Notes under the pieces: model-generated
Database searches by the model: none
What the model was told of the DNA's origin: nothing
The model's input: the letters and a program-made list of their open reading frames with translations, nothing else
Source of the DNA: Nitrososphaeria archaeon
GTDB lineage: Archaea > Thermoproteota > Nitrososphaeria > Nitrososphaerales > JAAOZN01
NCBI GenBank assembly: GCA_029775855.1
Contig: JARVJZ010000004.1
Location: 64,001-128,000 of the forward strand
Reading direction: 5' to 3'
Length of the DNA: 64,000 nucleotides
Translations under genes and position numbers: made by a program
Shown: piece by piece, positions 60,115 to 64,000 of the stretch
Layout: every line of letters begins with the position of its first letter
Numbering within the stretch: the first letter of the stretch is position 1

Positions 60115-61053
60115 TTGGAGCTAAAGTGTAGGGTCTGTGGAACCAGTTCTGACGAGGAGGACATATTTTGTAGAAGTTGTAGAGTTAGGCTTCTTCAAAG
60201 TAGAAGGTATGACGTTAACAGATTGGACTACGCTTACGCAGCTGATTTAGAGAAGCTTGCACTGCTCAAGGAGCTGGCTACCCCAGCTGCCTTAATCAAA
60301 GCTTTCTACCTTAAAAAGGCTGTCTCTATGCTCGTAAAGGAGGTCTCTGACAGAAGCGCCTTGGTTGAGCGAGGTTCTAAGCTTGGTTGGATGCTTATCA
60401 AATGTGCAGATACATTATGCCTAAAGTATCTGCCTGAGATGTATGTAGATGGTTATGTCGGCTTCAACGCATACTCTTTCGGCTTCGACGAAAAGCCTTA
60501 CGTTGTATTAGGGGAAAGGCTGCTTAAAGTTCTTACAGAAGAGGAGATGACCGCGTTAATAGCTCACGAGCTTGGGCATATAGGATGTGGGCATATGCTC
60601 TACCATACCTTAGCAGAGTTCATCGTTCAAGGCGTAGGCTGGTCAGCGTCAACAATAGGCATACCGCTCTTAGAGACGCCTCTTAGATTAGCGCTGCTCA
60701 GCTGGAGGCGTGAGTCTGAGGTCAGCGCTGATAGAGCCAGCCTACTAGTAGCTGGGAGTGTAGAGGCTGTTAAATCCCTTCTACTGAAGCTCACAACCCT
60801 TAACAAAGAAGTCAGCTGCGGTGATGGAGTTCTTGGGAGCTTGAGTGAGGTTGTTAGCAGCCATCCGCTTGTAGCCAGAAGAATAGCGTTGTTAGAAGAG
60901 TATTATAAAAGTGTTGGATACGCTAAGGCTAGGAGTAAGATCTCTAAAAGAAACTTGGTGCGCCGAGCCTTTGTGCCAATATGTAGGTTCTGTGGAGCAA
61001 AGAAGCCTCCTAGCTCACTCTTCTGTAGCAGCTGCGGTAGGAGCTGCGTGTGA
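60115..61053 (+). CDS. M48-family Zn metallopeptidase with N- and C-terminal zinc ribbons
   Basis: NAYSFG, AHELGH, ESEVSADR, SHP; CxxC pairs at both ends. Confidence 0.88.
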   Translation: MELKCRVCGTSSDEEDIFCRSCRVRLLQSRRYDVNRLDYAYAADLEKLALLKELATPAALIKAFYLKKAVSMLVKEVSDRSALVERGSKLGWMLIKCADTLCLKYLPEMYVDGYVGFNAYSFGFDEKPYVVLGERLLKVLTEEEMTALIAHELGHIGCGHMLYHTLAEFIVQGVGWSASTIGIPLLETPLRLALLSWRRESEVSADRASLLVAGSVEAVKSLLLKLTTLNKEVSCGDGVLGSLSEVVSSHPLVARRIALLEEYYKSVGYAKARSKISKRNLVRRAFVPICRFCGAKKPPSSLFCSSCGRSCV

Positions 61054-61175
61054 GTGTAAATTGATTTGGCACTCTGGTTTAGGTATCAAAATAGGTTAAT
61101 GCGCTTAATGTAGTTCACTTTTCACCGTCGCATTTGTCTGATAATCTTTATAACCTATTAAACTTACCACTATAA

Positions 61176-62804
61176 GTGGTTAAGATGGCTCTAATAGAAA
61201 TTAAGGAAGCCGAAGCTAAGCTTCATGAAGAAATTATCAGAAGGACACAGAGCCTATGCCCAGAATGCAACCGTATACTAGACGCCGAAATCCTAGAGAG
61301 AGACTCAAAGATATATCTGCGGAAAATCTGCCCAGAGCACGGTGAAGTAGAAGAACTCTACTACGGCTCAGCCGAACTATACAAGAAGTTCAGCACCTAT
61401 TGGCGTGATGGAAAAGGGATACAAAATCCCAATGTTCCCGTGGACTCCTGTGCCTGCCCAATGAATTGCGGGCTATGCACAAACCACTTAAGCCACACAG
61501 GTTTAGCGAATATAATAATCACGAACAGATGTGACTTAACTTGCTGGTACTGCTTCTTCTACGTTAAGAAGGGGTTAGAGGGCGCATACGTGTATGAACC
61601 TACATTGGAGCAGATAAGATCTATGGTCAGAACCTTAAGGGCTGAAAGACCTGTCGCAGGTAACTCCATACAGTTAACCGGCGGAGAGCCGACGCTGAGG
61701 GACGACTTGATAGAGATCATCAAGATGATAAAGGAGGAGGGTGTAGATCACGTGCAGCTAAACACGAATGGAATAAACCTAGCTTTAGACCCTCAGCTCG
61801 CCTACAAGATCAAGGAGGCTGGTGTAAGCAACCTCTACATGAGCTTCGACGGTGTGACAGCAAGAACGAACCCTAAGAATCATTGGGAAGCACCTTACGC
61901 CATAGAGAACTGCAGAAGGGCTGGCGTCGGCGTAGTCTTAGTGCCTACTGTAATCAAGGGGATGAATGACCATGAGCTAGGAGCGATAATAAGATATGCT
62001 CAAAAAAACATTGATGTGGTTAGAGCGGTGAACTTCCAACCCGTCTCACTGACAGGTAGGATGGCTAAGCAAGACAGAGAGAAGTATAGGATAACGATAC
62101 CAGACTGCATAAAGGCTATCGAAGAACAGACTAACGGCGAAGTCCCAACAGAAGCTTGGTTCCCGGTGCCCAGCTGCTCACCATTAACCAACTTCATCGA
62201 GGTGTTGACAAATAAACCGAAGTATGAGTTATCGATACATTTTGCCTGCGGCGCAGGAACCTATGTCTTCACAGACGAAGAAGGGAGGCTTATACCGATA
62301 ACGAGCTTCGTAGATGTAAGGGGATTAATCGAATACTTGGAGGAGAAAACAGAGGAGTTAAAGAGCGGTGAAAACAGATACAAAGTGATGGCTCATATGC
62401 TTCTAAAGCTTGGGTCATTTATAGATAAAGCTAAGCAGCCTAAGGGACTCAACCTAACAAAGATGCTACTCAAAATCATCTTAAGGCACGACTACTCATC
62501 TGTTGGGGAGTGGCACAGGAGAAGCCTCTTCCTAGGTATGATGCACTTCCAGGACAAGTATAACCACGATGCTGAGAGGGTTCAGCGCTGTGACATACAT
62601 TACCTTACACCAGACTTGAGGATAATACCGTTCTGCTCATTCAACGTGATACCTGAGTGGTATAGAGACAGGATTCAGAAGAAGTACGGCATACCAGTAG
62701 AAGAATGGGAGAAGATACACGGTCAAAAAATAGAAGACAAGCTCTACAAAGGCACGCTACGAAAGGGTGAGAAAGCCGCATATAGCTGCGGCCAGTGCCT
62801 ATAA
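61176..62804 (+). CDS. tes: Tetraether lipid synthase (radical SAM, MJ0619 family)
   Basis: TQSLCPEC, CPEHG, CPMNCGLC, NRCDLTCWYCFF, HFACG, RCDIHY, IPFC. Confidence 0.88.
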   Translation: MVKMALIEIKEAEAKLHEEIIRRTQSLCPECNRILDAEILERDSKIYLRKICPEHGEVEELYYGSAELYKKFSTYWRDGKGIQNPNVPVDSCACPMNCGLCTNHLSHTGLANIIITNRCDLTCWYCFFYVKKGLEGAYVYEPTLEQIRSMVRTLRAERPVAGNSIQLTGGEPTLRDDLIEIIKMIKEEGVDHVQLNTNGINLALDPQLAYKIKEAGVSNLYMSFDGVTARTNPKNHWEAPYAIENCRRAGVGVVLVPTVIKGMNDHELGAIIRYAQKNIDVVRAVNFQPVSLTGRMAKQDREKYRITIPDCIKAIEEQTNGEVPTEAWFPVPSCSPLTNFIEVLTNKPKYELSIHFACGAGTYVFTDEEGRLIPITSFVDVRGLIEYLEEKTEELKSGENRYKVMAHMLLKLGSFIDKAKQPKGLNLTKMLLKIILRHDYSSVGEWHRRSLFLGMMHFQDKYNHDAERVQRCDIHYLTPDLRIIPFCSFNVIPEWYRDRIQKKYGIPVEEWEKIHGQKIEDKLYKGTLRKGEKAAYSCGQCL

Positions 62805-63382
62805 CGTGGTCTAATGTGAGCGTAATTAAGGTAAAAGAGGAAGGATGCAAAACTCGCATAGAGGGCTTAGGGTTAAAGCCTCAGAGCTCAGAAATATTGT
62901 TAGATGAGGTATTAAGGCTTAAAGTAAGCTACAGAATCGTTGGCGAGTTAAGAGATGTCTTAACCCAGAAGAGCATCGAAGAAGCATACAAAAAACACGA
63001 TGTGAACTTCAGACTCACGTCAACGGTCAACCTACTTAAGCAAACAGCGCCATTCATCTATAGGCGAGTCAAAGCGATTAAACTTGCTAGAAAGGCGATA
63101 TTTTACTGGAGCAGAGATAGTAGCGTGGAGAGCAGAATAAGGATTATGGTTGTGAATGAAAACGGCAACCCATCAATCGTAGAGCAGATAGAGCAGCTAA
63201 ATGAAAAACTGTTTGACTACACCATAAAAATAACCCTACTTGGAAGAGACTTGGGTATAGGAGAGCATAAATTAGCCGCTAAAGTAAGGGTTAAGTGGGG
63301 TTCTCACACCTTCATAAATAAAGGAAAAGCAGAATCAACCTCAGAAAAATTAAAGATCTTGATTAAACCCACGTCTCATTAA
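62795..63382 (+). CDS. Hypothetical protein downstream of tes
   Basis: 195-aa open frame, start uncertain. Confidence 0.55.
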   Translation: MPITWSNVSVIKVKEEGCKTRIEGLGLKPQSSEILLDEVLRLKVSYRIVGELRDVLTQKSIEEAYKKHDVNFRLTSTVNLLKQTAPFIYRRVKAIKLARKAIFYWSRDSSVESRIRIMVVNENGNPSIVEQIEQLNEKLFDYTIKITLLGRDLGIGEHKLAAKVRVKWGSHTFINKGKAESTSEKLKILIKPTSH

Positions 63383-63403
63383 CATGTTGCTGTAGATGCA
63401 TGA

Positions 63404-63593
63404 CTTCAATCTACAGATCGATACTTTAATGTGATGGTTAGACAGTTTGTATACAAATCAAGTAAAATCGTCATAAACCAAAGGGATACGGGTTACAATT
63501 AGGCTTAAATCGGCAGACGTTACTCACGGATTCTACATAGCTGAGTTAGGTATCAATGAAACAGTCTCTTTTTGCGAAGAAACAACACAATAA
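63404..63593 (+). pseudogene. Frameshifted, truncated cupredoxin/CuA (COX2-like) domain remnant
   Basis: FNVMVRQFVYKSSKIVINQRDT, frameshift near 63490, then VTIRLKSADVTHGFYIAELGINETV and an early stop; no CxExCxxxH. Confidence 0.65.
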
Positions 63594-63776
63594 TGCTTGG
63601 ATATAGAAGACTGAAGCGTTTATCTGATCTGTGTGTTAAATCATATAGGCTTCGACTTTCTTTAGTGAAGCTTTGGTTGACGAGCTTTAAAACAAATGCT
63701 TTCCTACACGAGAAAAATATGTATAGTAGAAGTTAACTACCTTTAGTAAGAAGGCGAATGGTACAAAGTTGCCGCT

Positions 63777-63942
63777 GGGGACGTAGTCTAGCAAGGTTCC
63801 TGTTGAGCCCTGGAGAGGTAGGACGACAGGCTCCAGAGGTTTAGTGCTATAGGTTCGCTGACAGTGTTGGATGATGTACCCTTTGGAGCTAGGGTGAGGG
63901 GGAACCTGTAGGCCGTGGGTTCAAGTCCCACCGTCCCCACCA
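63777..63942 (+). tRNA. tRNA-Trp(CCA) with a D-loop intron (63794-63815) and an anticodon intron (63837-63903); encoded CCA
   Basis: GGGGACG/CGTCCCC acceptor stem, ACAGG/CCTGT anticodon stem, CCA at 63833-63835, TTCAAGT T-loop; bulge-helix-bulge-like junctions at both introns. Confidence 0.92.
63837..63903 (+). ncRNA. Intron-encoded box C/D-like guide RNA of pre-tRNA-Trp
   Basis: CTGA (63858) and GATGATG (63870) boxes; CTATAGGTTC complementary to the 3' splice junction, CCTTTGGAGCT complementary to the anticodon loop. Confidence 0.75.
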
Positions 63943-64000
63943 ATTTTGTGGCAATAGTTTTATCGCCAAATCGTTAGTTCTGTAGATAGGCATCGAGATA

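Noticed and set aside
464-62859. Many 60-170 aa ORFs antisense to or nested in recognised genes (e.g. 464..874, 16719..17231, 26181..26612, 43509..43922)
   Set aside because: Shadow frames of well-supported genes, with no motifs or independent start signals
63750-63970. Short inverted matches around tRNA-Trp (GGCGA/TCGCC, TTGCC/GGCAA)
   Set aside because: Only 5-7 bp each, compatible with chance or simple leader-trailer pairing

Overview
Gene-dense archaeal chromosome segment with many TTG/GTG starts, GGAGG/GGTG ribosome-binding sites and TATA promoters. The gene set (Tes, split LplA/LplB, class III signal-peptide binding protein, non-canonical tRNA intron) suggests a TACK lineage, probably an anaerobic non-ammonia-oxidising Nitrososphaerota or Bathyarchaeia-like organism; this placement is inference. 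Main contents: larC/larB; a housekeeping and redox block; an ArsR-headed acetyl-CoA synthase operon (cdhC-cdhD-cdhE-ferredoxin-AOR-cooT-cooC-cooC) with no CO dehydrogenase gene; fae-hps; pstCAB with two PhoU genes; two LIV-type ABC transporter islands, each linked to a luciferase-like (LLM) oxidoreductase; a type I-A Cascade/Cas3 module with csa3 but no cas6, adaptation genes or array in the window; tetraether synthase; tRNA-Ser(GCT) framed by a 24-bp inverted repeat; and tRNA-Trp(CCA) with two introns, one a box C/D guide. Read from raw sequence and absent from the ORF track: partial larC, an AN1-like zinc-finger ORF, a frameshifted CuA/cupredoxin remnant and two operator-like palindromes. 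The best candidate for an undescribed system is the CODH-less ACS operon containing a variant AOR. All calls come from motif recognition by eye; no database searches were run.
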